A stretch of DNA of 64,000 nt from a virus, in the IMG/VR virus record IMGVR_UViG_3300035145_002886; one strand, given 5' to 3'. Numbering within the stretch: the stretch's first letter is position 1; the number at the start of each line of letters is the position of its first letter. Shown piece by piece: positions 9,819-18,473 of this stretch. A model generated the notes under the pieces. That model saw only the letters and a list, made by a program, of their open reading frames with translations, did not search any database and was not told the DNA's origin. The position numbers were made by a program, and so were the translations under genes.

Positions 9819-10498
9819 TTTTCATTTTCGCTTCTCCAAGTATCGTAACGGTTCACGATCTCCTGTAGAATCTTAGCACGTACAATATCCTTCTCTCCAA
9901 AAATATGGGTTCCGACACCTTTTACGTTTTCTATTAGGTTAATAAAGTCTGGTAAAGAAACCCTTGACGCTGCAATATCTGCTTGGCTAACGTCTCCAGT
10001 TACGATTACCTTCGAGTCTCTTCCCATTCTTGTAACAAATAACATCAATTGCTTAAATGTAGCATTCTGGGCCTCATCTAAAATCATTAGCGAGTCATCA
10101 AATGTATCTCCTCTCATATATGCAAGAGGTTCGAATTTAATAATGTTTTTGTCAAATAGGAGTTTAGTCTGCTCATGTCCAATAATCTTTTCAATGTTTG
10201 ATTTATAGGACTTCATGTACGGGTCAACCTTCTCGTCTTTATCACCTGGAAGGAATCCCAGCTTTTCTCCAGCCTCCTGAATCGGCTTACAAAGAATAAT
10301 CTGCTTAATCTTTTTTTCTTTAAGTAACTTTAGACCCGCAAAACATGCAGTAAATGTCTTAGAAGTTCCTGCTGGTCCGTAGCAAAATGTTATTTCGTTC
10401 TTTTCAATTTGGTTTAAATATTTATGTTGTGATTGTCTTAACTGTACTTTTTTAAGTTTGTCTTCTTGACGCGGCGTTCCTTTATTGCCTCTAGCCAT
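9815..10498 (-). CDS. phoH: PhoH-like ATPase
   Basis: GPAGTSKT, LGFLPG, YMRGDT, LDEAQN, TRMG, TGDVSQ. Confidence 0.92.
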   Translation of the reverse strand: MARGNKGTPRQEDKLKKVQLRQSQHKYLNQIEKNEITFCYGPAGTSKTFTACFAGLKLLKEKKIKQIILCKPIQEAGEKLGFLPGDKDEKVDPYMKSYKSNIEKIIGHEQTKLLFDKNIIKFEPLAYMRGDTFDDSLMILDEAQNATFKQLMLFVTRMGRDSKVIVTGDVSQADIAASRVSLPDFINLIENVKGVGTHIFGEKDIVRAKILQEIVNRYDTWRSENEK

Positions 10499-10524
10499 AT
10501 ATTGTAAATTAATTTTAAGTTTAA

Positions 10525-10812
10525 TTAGTCACCTGCCATTATGACAAGCTCTTTAAGTTTAAGTAGCTTATTACACTTCTCATACTCTTCTAGTTTTTCA
10601 AAGTAATCTATCATTAAATCTATAAAACGAGATCTCTGGCTAATACCATGTGGAATCTCAATTAGGCGATCATTATCTTTAAATACAATGAAGCGATTTA
10701 CTGTCTTAGTAAAATTTCTAGTGATTTGGTAATAAGAAGCCCTCATCAGACTGTCTTTGTCTGAATTCGATACAAATCCGCTCATTTTTATTTTGGTCTT
10801 TTTCATAAACAC
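10525..10812 (-). CDS. UVR-like 'EEYEKC' family protein
   Basis: YFEKLEEYEKCNKL. Confidence 0.6.
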   Translation of the reverse strand: MFMKKTKIKMSGFVSNSDKDSLMRASYYQITRNFTKTVNRFIVFKDNDRLIEIPHGISQRSRFIDLMIDYFEKLEEYEKCNKLLKLKELVIMAGD

Positions 10813-10899
10813 CGATCATTTTGATCAGCAATTTCGCCGTTAAATTATATATTTAGACGGAAGAAAATAAAAGGTAAAAAGTATTATGAAAATATTAGA

Positions 10900-11091
10900 T
10901 TACTGATCGCCGAATTTCTGTTGAATATACTTGGCTTTAGCAATCTTTTTACGCTTTTTAGCGGATGGTTTCTCGTGCTGTTGTTTATCGCGAAGTTCTT
11001 TAAGCTGTTTAGTCTTAATAACTTTAGACTTATACTGCTTAAGGGCTTTTTCGATCCCACCTTTTCTATGGTTTACTTTTACGATTAACAT
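10900..11091 (-). CDS. rpsU: phage-encoded ribosomal protein bS21
   Basis: MLIVKV...IEKALKQYKSKVIKTKQLKELRDKQQHEKPS; Bacteroidota-type bS21 pattern. Confidence 0.85.
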   Translation of the reverse strand: MLIVKVNHRKGGIEKALKQYKSKVIKTKQLKELRDKQQHEKPSAKKRKKIAKAKYIQQKFGDQ

Positions 11092-11360
11092 TCTTCGACT
11101 GCCCTCTTCACATTTAATAACTTAAAACACTTTTCATATTCTTCTAAACCTTCAAAGTGTTTTATCATCTTTCCAAGTATTCTTAATTTCTTTTCGGTAT
11201 CTCCCTCAGAAAGAATAACAAATGATGGATTATTAATGACGGCTTCATAGACAATATTGAACGTCGTATCTTTATCTGTCAGTCCATTAAGAACCGCAGA
11301 AAAACCCCACTTATAATTATCTGGGTTTATAAAGCCTCCAAAGAATAAATTATCCATCAT
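11085..11360 (-). CDS. UVR-like 'EEYEKC' family protein
   Basis: HFEGLEEYEKCFKL. Confidence 0.6.
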   Translation of the reverse strand: MMDNLFFGGFINPDNYKWGFSAVLNGLTDKDTTFNIVYEAVINNPSFVILSEGDTEKKLRILGKMIKHFEGLEEYEKCFKLLNVKRAVEEC

Positions 11361-12150
11361 CTCTTATTTGTTTTATTAGATCAATTTGGTTTTCAGTTAA
11401 TTCTGGATAGGTTGCATTTACCCGACACAGAAGATCTCCTTTTTGATCTGTATTATATATCGGAAATCCCTTGCCTTTTATTCTAAGCGTTCCAGCCGGT
11501 TTTGTCCTTTCAGGAACATTAATATTAATAAGTCCTTCAGGGGTCCATACTCCTATTTTTGTTCCAATCATTATATCCCACCATGGAAGAGTGTGCTCAA
11601 CCCAAATATCATCACCTTGTAAAATAAATCGGCCATCATTAATTACATGGATGTTTACAATCACATCGCCTTTTGGTAGATTAGAATTATATGGATGTTC
11701 TCCTCCCTTTCCTCTAATTCTAAACTTCTGGCCAGTTTTTAAACCTGGTTTAAAATTCATTGACAACTCTTGGCCATTTACTGAAAATATTTTTTGAGTA
11801 CCGCTATAAGCCTCGTCAAATGTTACATGCAGATCAACTCTAAAATCTGGTCCCTTCTGTGCCTGGTGGTGTCTAAACTGGCCACCGAAAAACTGGTCGA
11901 AGATATCGCCCATGTTTTGGTTAGAGTTTCTAAACTGACTAAAAAAGTCATGTCCAGATCCTCGCAAATCATATTGTTGTCTTTTTTGGGGATCGCCCAG
12001 CGTATCGTATGCCTCTGCTATTTCTTTGAATCGAGCATCGTCTCCGCCACTAACATCAGGGTGATGTTGTTTGCTTAGTTTTCGGTAAGCTTTCTTAATT
12101 TCGTCTTGTGACGCAGATTTATCAACGCCTAACGTTTCATAGTAACTCAT
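11350..12150 (-). CDS. dnaJ: DnaJ/CbpA-type co-chaperone (no Zn finger)
   Basis: J domain with HPD, G/F-rich linker, DnaJ_C domain. Confidence 0.9.
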   Translation of the reverse strand: MSYYETLGVDKSASQDEIKKAYRKLSKQHHPDVSGGDDARFKEIAEAYDTLGDPQKRQQYDLRGSGHDFFSQFRNSNQNMGDIFDQFFGGQFRHHQAQKGPDFRVDLHVTFDEAYSGTQKIFSVNGQELSMNFKPGLKTGQKFRIRGKGGEHPYNSNLPKGDVIVNIHVINDGRFILQGDDIWVEHTLPWWDIMIGTKIGVWTPEGLININVPERTKPAGTLRIKGKGFPIYNTDQKGDLLCRVNATYPELTENQIDLIKQIRDDG

Positions 12151-12154
12151 TACT

Positions 12155-12373
12155 TTACCTCATGTAGGGTTTGTAACTTGGTTTACTCTTTATTACCTGT
12201 TCAGGGTCAACCTTTGTATTTTCTTTTAGGTTTGCCCTTAGGTTCTTTTCTTCAAGCTTTTCTAGCTTTATACGTCTCTTCTCACGAACCTCTTCAATTA
12301 CATTTGATTTCTCAAGGGCATTTGCAATTCGTGTAAGTTGCTTTACTAATTCTTTAGCTGTCTTTTCTTCCAT
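12155..12373 (-). CDS. basic hypothetical protein
   Basis: 72-aa ORF in operon. Confidence 0.55.
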   Translation of the reverse strand: MEEKTAKELVKQLTRIANALEKSNVIEEVREKRRIKLEKLEEKNLRANLKENTKVDPEQVIKSKPSYKPYMR

Positions 12374-13277
12374 ATCGATTCTTTACTAGGTCCGATTCTC
12401 CATTTTGGAAATCTTGATACGGTAATGATTTATCCTTCTCTCCTTGATGTGGACCATTTATCATTATAGTATCTTTATATGGATTTGTTTCACCAATCTT
12501 AGATCTTAACCAATCATCAAGGTCCTGGACCGATCCTTGAAAATGACGTATCTTCATTAAGGTTTTATCCTCGTCTTTTAAATCTGCTCTATCTTCTGCC
12601 TCTGTTAGTTCTTCTCTCTTTTGCTTTAACCTTTCAATCACCTCATTCCAGTGATCCGTATCTAAATTCATTGCCTCTGCCATTTGCCCATTTTCTGCAA
12701 ATTCAAGACATAGTTCAGCTAATTCTATTGCTGCTTCAATTTGGTCTCTCTCTTTGAGTTTACCATAATGCGGGTGGGTCTCTGAACTCTTAAGCATTAG
12801 GTTCACTGATTTAAGAACTGACCATGTTTCATCGCTCTCATTTATAACATTAAAAAATGATTCATCTATCTTATAGACTCTCTTGATAAACGACTTGATG
12901 TCCTTCTTGTCGTAGCCAAGCAGATCACCAACATATTTTGCCTCGGCTGGGGTCTCGTCACTTAGATAACCACCTTTACTTTCAGCATAATCAGCCAGTT
13001 TTTGAGCCGCCTTCTTATTCTTTTTATATAGTACCCAAGCCCTACCGTCAGGTTTACCTTTAACCTCAATTGCTTTAAGTCCGTTCTCTAGACCGTATTC
13101 CATCGCAGCCAATTCTTTCTCGTTGTTTGGTCGATAGATTGGATTATCCATTGTTGAAATAAAGGCCAGATCTCTCTTACCATCAATTACAGTTTGTATA
13201 CCATTCTTTGAATCATATGCCTCAGAAGCCTTGATTCTCTCGTTAATAAATTGCTCAAATAGCTTTATGTGTTTCAT
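12354..13277 (-). CDS. MKHIKLFE-tagged modular protein
   Basis: MKHIKLFEQFINE; internal VINES and LTEAE linkers. Confidence 0.65.
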   Translation of the reverse strand: MKHIKLFEQFINERIKASEAYDSKNGIQTVIDGKRDLAFISTMDNPIYRPNNEKELAAMEYGLENGLKAIEVKGKPDGRAWVLYKKNKKAAQKLADYAESKGGYLSDETPAEAKYVGDLLGYDKKDIKSFIKRVYKIDESFFNVINESDETWSVLKSVNLMLKSSETHPHYGKLKERDQIEAAIELAELCLEFAENGQMAEAMNLDTDHWNEVIERLKQKREELTEAEDRADLKDEDKTLMKIRHFQGSVQDLDDWLRSKIGETNPYKDTIMINGPHQGEKDKSLPYQDFQNGESDLVKNRYGRKDS

Positions 13278-13284
13278 ATCCTAC

Positions 13285-14148
13285 TTATTTTAAACCTCCG
13301 CGATCGTGCTTTGAAAATTTACCTAACTTATCAAATGCTCTAAACGATTGTAATCTTTTTTGTTTTTCAGGTCTCATGTCTGAAAGTTGCTTATATCTCA
13401 TATGATTCTTAACGATGTAGTAAACGTTTGCAGCATTACCACCAACGCTTTCGATCCAGTCTTTATAATCCTTTGCAAGTTTAGCTGAAACCTTTTCATG
13501 ACCAAAATGAGTTATGTGTCCCTTTTTAGGATGGACTCCTGCGGTTTCGTCCTTTCCAATATCATGGAACATTGCTGCAATCGCAATATCAATATCATCA
13601 TCCTTTAAGGACCTATCAACTACCGTAATAGTATGCTTTAGTACATTTCCTTCTGGATGTTTATCTGCCCTTTGATCGAACCCTTTTAAATTGTAAACTC
13701 TTTTTTGAAGCTCTTTCGGCATTTTATCAAATAGAGACCTAAAGCTTGTTACATCTAACTCCGCTAGACCTTCAACAAGGCTCTCAAATGTATATTTTGC
13801 GTTTGAAGTCTTAAAATCAGGCTTACGCATTACCGTCTTTGCAATGATCTGATCTACCCTTTTCTTAAAGGGGATGTTAATATCACTTCTCTCGTCCTTG
13901 ACAACAAACTGATCATATTCTTTTTTAAACTTATCGAAATCCTTCTTCTTTTTTGCAAGTCTCTTAAAGAATCCAATAAGTTCGGCGTCTGTTATCTCTT
14001 TTGTATGTTCAGTCCTTGTTAATTGGTCATAGAAGTGCTTTGTAAACTCAACATCGATCGGGTCCATTACCTTATCGGCATACTTCTCAACCTTATCAAT
14101 GTTTACCGATTCTTCGATAAACTCTTCAAATACTTTTATATGTTTCAT
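13285..14148 (-). CDS. tagged protein with C-terminal HD phosphohydrolase (CCA/Pnk-associated type)
   Basis: MKHIKVFEEF; HPEGNVLKHT, AAMFHDIGK, FGHEKVS, IVKNHM. Confidence 0.78.
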   Translation of the reverse strand: MKHIKVFEEFIEESVNIDKVEKYADKVMDPIDVEFTKHFYDQLTRTEHTKEITDAELIGFFKRLAKKKKDFDKFKKEYDQFVVKDERSDINIPFKKRVDQIIAKTVMRKPDFKTSNAKYTFESLVEGLAELDVTSFRSLFDKMPKELQKRVYNLKGFDQRADKHPEGNVLKHTITVVDRSLKDDDIDIAIAAMFHDIGKDETAGVHPKKGHITHFGHEKVSAKLAKDYKDWIESVGGNAANVYYIVKNHMRYKQLSDMRPEKQKRLQSFRAFDKLGKFSKHDRGGLK

Positions 14149-14149
14149 C

Positions 14150-14479
14150 CTATTTTGCATATCTTACCATCGAGTCTTTGTATTTATGGTCCCTGTTTTT
14201 TACAAAGTCAAATTTACTATAAAACTTCTTAAGTCTATTTGTTGAGGTAGCGCCAAAATCGGTTGATGGTGTCAGTCTAATATCTTTACCAACCACGTCA
14301 GCATGATCTACTATTTTTTGCATCACTATAGAACCAAGTCCAGAATCTCTTTTTTCTTTCGGTATAATAATCTTACCCAGTTCCAGGTAATCTCCATTGT
14401 CCCAAAGTTCAAGTTGAATTTCAAAATTCTTTTCTAAATCTTGTAGAATAAACTCTTCAAATATCTTTAAGTATTTCAT
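14150..14479 (-). CDS. tagged GNAT acetyltransferase
   Basis: MKYLKIFEEF; IIIPKEKRDSGLGS, LKKFYSKFDF. Confidence 0.72.
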   Translation of the reverse strand: MKYLKIFEEFILQDLEKNFEIQLELWDNGDYLELGKIIIPKEKRDSGLGSIVMQKIVDHADVVGKDIRLTPSTDFGATSTNRLKKFYSKFDFVKNRDHKYKDSMVRYAK

Positions 14480-14595
14480 GCTTCGTAGCAGCAGCCGTTC
14501 TTACATGAATCGCACTTACAATCACATTGACAGCCATTTGCAGCGCATGATTCATTACATTTACAGTTTTCGCATTCGCAGTTTTTACAAGCCAT
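14476..14595 (-). CDS. metallothionein-like Cys-rich peptide (39 aa, 13 Cys; not in ORF track)
   Basis: MACKNCECENCKCNESCAANGCQCDCKCDSCKNGCCYEA*; ATGA overlap with the GNAT start. Confidence 0.75.
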   Translation of the reverse strand: MACKNCECENCKCNESCAANGCQCDCKCDSCKNGCCYEA

Positions 14596-14623
14596 AATCT
14601 AGTCTTTTCTTTTATATATTCAT

Positions 14624-14651
14624 AAAAAAGAGGATCCTTTTGGATCCTCTT
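14624..14651 (-). terminator. intrinsic terminator
   Basis: AAGAGGATCC-AAAA-GGATCCTCTT followed by a T tract on the minus strand. Confidence 0.75.
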
Positions 14652-14695
14652 AGACGGGGGCCGTAGCGGGTTAGATAGCACCCACTATACTATAT

Positions 14696-14992
14696 TTATA
14701 CAAATACTTGCTCGACCTTTTTCATACAATCAAAGACTACTTTACACTTTTCGTATTCTTCTAGGTCCTCGTAGTGCTCTAGCATGATTTTCAAAGTATT
14801 GCAAAGATTCTGTATCTCGTCGGTTTCCATGTTTCTAAGATGCAAGTCGCTGATACCATTCTCTTCTAACTTTTGATAGTTAGCCTCAATCGCATCAATC
14901 ATCATGCGCTCTTTCCATTCCTCGAGTTTAGCATTGAATTGATCGTTGCTTTCTTCCATAAAGTCATCGATGTTAAAATCGTCGTCCATCAT
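14696..14992 (-). CDS. UVR-like 'EEYEKC' family protein
   Basis: HYEDLEEYEKCKVV. Confidence 0.6.
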   Translation of the reverse strand: MMDDDFNIDDFMEESNDQFNAKLEEWKERMMIDAIEANYQKLEENGISDLHLRNMETDEIQNLCNTLKIMLEHYEDLEEYEKCKVVFDCMKKVEQVFV

Positions 14993-14994
14993 AA

Positions 14995-15171
14995 TTATTT
15001 TACTTTTTGAGTTTCTAAAGTGTGTGCTTCGTGTAAGGTCATCAGGTCACTTTTAGGATAAGCAGACCTGTCTGATGTATAAACAACTGTTACGTCGTCA
15101 TGTTGTTCCAGGGCTTCAACCTGCACTATCAGCTTCTTTCCTCGTGGAACTACCCAATCATTAATTTGCAT
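14995..15171 (-). CDS. small hypothetical protein (58 aa, not in track)
   Basis: MQINDWVVPRG...TQKVK*; behind a class-I promoter. Confidence 0.55.
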   Translation of the reverse strand: MQINDWVVPRGKKLIVQVEALEQHDDVTVVYTSDRSAYPKSDLMTLHEAHTLETQKVK

Positions 15172-15187
15172 TATTGTATCTATTAGG

Positions 15188-15235
15188 TTTAACTACTATA
15201 CAAATATAAACAAAAAACTTGACATAAAAAAATCT
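15188..15235 (-). promoter_or_regulatory. class-I promoter repeat
   Basis: Plus strand CTACTATACAAATATAAACAAAAAACTTGACAT. Confidence 0.7.
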
Positions 15236-15249
15236 AGAGTGAATTATTT

Positions 15250-15408
15250 TTATCCAAGCGTGTAAAGATCAACGTCGTATGTTGATGTTCTGTATTTATG
15301 AACCAACAATCCTCCAGTTTTTGTTACCTTCCATCCTCTACTCTCCATCGAGTTCTTAAAAAATAGACTTAAAAAGAATGGTACTTTGTGATATCTCCAA
15401 TATTTCAT
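15250..15408 (-). CDS. small hypothetical protein (52 aa, not in track)
   Basis: MKYWRYHKVP...LYTLG*; behind a class-I promoter. Confidence 0.55.
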   Translation of the reverse strand: MKYWRYHKVPFFLSLFFKNSMESRGWKVTKTGGLLVHKYRTSTYDVDLYTLG

Positions 15409-15417
15409 AATTGTTAT

Positions 15418-15472
15418 TTTTAACTACTATACAAATATAAACAAAAAAGCCGAGACTAAAAAATCTCGGCTC
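15418..15472 (-). promoter_or_regulatory. class-I promoter repeat with GCCGAGA...TCTCGGC hairpin
   Basis: Motif copy with an inverted repeat that could also terminate hsp20. Confidence 0.7.
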
Positions 15473-15491
15473 AATTTTTTTCAAAGTTTTT

Positions 15492-15824
15492 TTACAAGAT
15501 AGTAACTTTCTTAGCCTCTACCTCTTTACCTAATGTAAGTTGTAGAATCCCATTCTCCATCTTTGCCTCGATTCCTTCAACATCTATTCCATTTGGAAGA
15601 GTGTATCTTTTGTGGAATGAGTGTCTCCAACGGGTCTCATCTTTTTCATCAACTTCTGCTGAGATGATTAAGATTCTTCCGTCGACTTCGATGTTTAGAT
15701 CCTCCTTTGAGAATCCAGGAAGGGCAATCTCATAAGTCTTGCCGTTAAATGTTTGAAATTTAAAGTTTCTATTTAGACCGAAAACTGCGTCGTCAAATAG
15801 ATTAAACAAATCTTTAGTGTACAT
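15492..15824 (-). CDS. small heat-shock protein (Hsp20/alpha-crystallin)
   Basis: LPGFSKEDL, F.KRYTLP, AKMENGIL. Confidence 0.88.
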   Translation of the reverse strand: MYTKDLFNLFDDAVFGLNRNFKFQTFNGKTYEIALPGFSKEDLNIEVDGRILIISAEVDEKDETRWRHSFHKRYTLPNGIDVEGIEAKMENGILQLTLGKEVEAKKVTIL

Positions 15825-15878
15825 AATTTTCTTTTTGTTTTTTAGTTATTTGTCCAATAGCAGACATATAATAATAGA

Positions 15879-15980
15879 TCAAAAATGATGCCAGTTTCAA
15901 AAACATGACAAATTGACCTGCCAGAAAAAACAATTAAGACAAATAGTCATGAAAGAGACTATCAATGTGACATCTTGTCA
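15879..15980 (-). promoter_or_regulatory. sigma54-like promoter plus three phased TGACA-N3-TGTCA-like sites upstream of hsp20
   Basis: Minus strand TGGCAT-N5-TTGA (15879-15893); sites at 15906, 15937, 15968 (31-bp period). Confidence 0.55.
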
Positions 15981-16724
15981 TTAAAAAGGAACGTCAACTA
16001 CAATTGGAAGATATGATATTTTAAGCATTAAGTTTGCGGTGGCTAAGATGTCCTTCTCACAATAGTCCTTAATCCTCTCAAGATTTCCACCTTCCCAATA
16101 GACCCCTGAAACCATGATTCCTTCAAGATCCTCTTTTGGACTTGGAATTCCCAAGATTTCAGTTAAGAGACCAAGCTTTCCGCTGTTCCAACCACCAAAC
16201 TTCCATACTTCTTGTGTATCTAATAGGCAGTTCTCCCATGGTTTTTGCTTGTGTAGATGAAATGCCTTTGGGACCTTTATCCCATGAATAATTGACCTCT
16301 TAAGAATGTATGGTAAGTCAAATCCTTTGATGTTATGGCCTACCCACTGCATATTCGGGTACTTGTTCATAATTTTACGAGCTACTTCATTGAATTCTTC
16401 AAGCAATTCTTTTTCATCATCTCCGTAATATGATTTAGCACTAAAGTCAATTGGTGTTCCGTCCTCATCAAATTTCAACTGACCGATAGAAATACAAATA
16501 ATCTTACCCCATTCAGGATAGAGTGCTGCCATTTGTGGGTACATTTGATTCTTATCTAAATCTGCAAGCTCTTCTGGTTCGCTTGCTCTAAGTTGCTTCA
16601 CCTTTAATTCCCAATATTGGTCAAGAGAAGGATTTTCTTGAATGACCTCGTCGTAGGTCTTTTTACCAGTCGTGGTCTCAATATCAATAAAGACCATTTG
16701 CTTTAATTCACTAATTTCGTACAT
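15981..16724 (-). CDS. PolB-like 3'-5' exonuclease (DEDD)
   Basis: FIDIET, GHNIKGFDLPY, YCEKD. Confidence 0.85.
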   Translation of the reverse strand: MYEISELKQMVFIDIETTTGKKTYDEVIQENPSLDQYWELKVKQLRASEPEELADLDKNQMYPQMAALYPEWGKIICISIGQLKFDEDGTPIDFSAKSYYGDDEKELLEEFNEVARKIMNKYPNMQWVGHNIKGFDLPYILKRSIIHGIKVPKAFHLHKQKPWENCLLDTQEVWKFGGWNSGKLGLLTEILGIPSPKEDLEGIMVSGVYWEGGNLERIKDYCEKDILATANLMLKISYLPIVVDVPF

Positions 16725-16909
16725 ACCTTATAAAACTTAAAAGCGCCTAACATAAAGTTAGACGCTTATTATATGGGGTTAGTTTAATTAGTTTCAATCG
16801 TTTTCCTTCTTCAGGTATTTTACAATCAGGGTAAATAAGTTATCAGATCGATACTTTTTACCATCTACGTTCAATAAGAACTTTTTATGTTTTTGTTTCA
16901 TGTGTTATT

Positions 16910-17146
16910 TTATTTTTGATCCCAGCTCCTGCTAAACCTCAGGTCTGAGTATGAATTATATGGGAGAGAAACCATTGTATATCCGCCAGTAACAGAATAC
17001 GGAACCTTGTGCTCGTTTAGCCAATATGGTGGCGCATCTTCAATTCTTCCATTTAAGAAGTCGAATAGTTCGTCTATTTGCATATGATGTACCCAAATAT
17101 TAATGTACATGCATTTCATGTCAGGTTTTCCCATTTTTAAATTCAA
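16910..17146 (-). CDS. hypothetical protein
   Basis: ORF in operon orientation; start uncertain. Confidence 0.5.
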   Translation of the reverse strand: MNLKMGKPDMKCMYINIWVHHMQIDELFDFLNGRIEDAPPYWLNEHKVPYSVTGGYTMVSLPYNSYSDLRFSRSWDQK

Positions 17147-17159
17147 ATTAGTTTATATA

Positions 17160-18473
17160 TTATTCTCCCTGTCTCATAAATGAAACCGCGATAAATCTTT
17201 TTCCGGCAGTAATTGGTCTTGCTCCATGTTGGTGTGTTATCATTCCTGGATGAAGTGTTGCAGTACCTACCATCTCAGGATTTGACAGTGTTTTATATTT
17301 AGGGAACCAGGTTCCACCACCGTCAAACTCATCATTTAATTTAACAACCATTGTAACATGACTAAAATCATGATGTAGAGAAAGGTGAGACTGTCGATCC
17401 ATCGTGTATCTTGCCATAAAGTTTTCATTCTTTAACTTTTTCCAGCCCTTTCCTTCAAGATGCCACCAATAGATGCAAAGAGGTCTAACAATTTCATGAA
17501 TCACACGGTTATAGACTTCATCTAGTCCGATTTCTGGTAAGAGAACATCATTTGTAGGATAGAATTCATGGCGATCAATAGTCCATTTGTCTTTAGCATC
17601 GGCAAGTGCAATTGCCTCTCGACAGAATTTAGGAGTAAAGAGAGGAAACTCAAGAATATTTGTATCTCCAATCTCATCTACTATTAGGTCCCATTCTCCT
17701 TTACGAATAGTTTGATTTACATACTTTGCACACCACGCATCCCAGTCAGAAGTATCTAGGATTTCAAAGTATTCTCTATCTGGATTTCCATGCCCAATTG
17801 TGCTTGTTTGTGGCGTAGAGGTTTGTTTAATCCAATCTTGATTTGTTGCAATTGCATTTAGATCTTGATTGAAGATACCTATTAAATCTGGTCTGGTTTC
17901 TTTTTTAAACATTGCAGTTAAATATTCATCAACTGGAATAATGTTTTTCTGAATTCCTCCATCTAAAAGTTTTTTAGCTCCATCTCTAGTTAGTAAATAT
18001 GCATGCGAGTTATACGAAGCTTCAGGTTTAACTAGGTTATCTGAAATAGAAATTTCTTCATAGAAATTATTTACTCTATTTCTACCAAGATAACAAAGAT
18101 CCCAATCAGTAGCGTTAAGTTCTTTATCTGTAAGTCCAGAAAGTGACTTTATACACTTAAAGTCCTCTTCTAGGACAAGTACTCTCTCGTGGTCATTTTC
18201 TATAATGTCTTTCCAAACATTGATATGAGAAACTGTACATCCAACCTCTCCTGGAAGAACTTCACGGTTCCACCAATTATTTTCTGAATCATCGATGTTC
18301 CATCCATCATATACACTATACTCTTCAGGAACTGGATTACGCCAACCCTCAAATGCCCTGGTAATTAGAAAAGGGGTTCCAGGAATATTCAACTCGGCCA
18401 TTCTAGACTTTATATTATCTAGTCTCTCTTTCGAATGGTCTAAAGATATTACGTATATCTTGTCTATTTTCAT
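17160..18473 (-). CDS. GT25 (COLGALT-like) glycosyltransferase fused to a PLOD-type lysyl-hydroxylase 2OG-Fe(II) domain
   Basis: N-half YVISL, GEVGCTVSH, LVLEEDF, YLGR, IPVDEYL; C-half PTNDV, FMARYT, LSLHHD, GGGTWF, LHPGMITHQHG, RFIAVSF. Confidence 0.85.
   Translation of the reverse strand: MKIDKIYVISLDHSKERLDNIKSRMAELNIPGTPFLITRAFEGWRNPVPEEYSVYDGWNIDDSENNWWNREVLPGEVGCTVSHINVWKDIIENDHERVLVLEEDFKCIKSLSGLTDKELNATDWDLCYLGRNRVNNFYEEISISDNLVKPEASYNSHAYLLTRDGAKKLLDGGIQKNIIPVDEYLTAMFKKETRPDLIGIFNQDLNAIATNQDWIKQTSTPQTSTIGHGNPDREYFEILDTSDWDAWCAKYVNQTIRKGEWDLIVDEIGDTNILEFPLFTPKFCREAIALADAKDKWTIDRHEFYPTNDVLLPEIGLDEVYNRVIHEIVRPLCIYWWHLEGKGWKKLKNENFMARYTMDRQSHLSLHHDFSHVTMVVKLNDEFDGGGTWFPKYKTLSNPEMVGTATLHPGMITHQHGARPITAGKRFIAVSFMRQGE

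Noticed and set aside
14457-14681. 74-aa track ORF
   Set aside because: It spans a terminator; the Cys-rich frame 14476..14595 is the better gene
501-15472. Promoter repeats read as CRISPR repeats or MITEs
   Set aside because: Dispersed, always just upstream of a start codon, no regular spacers or target duplications
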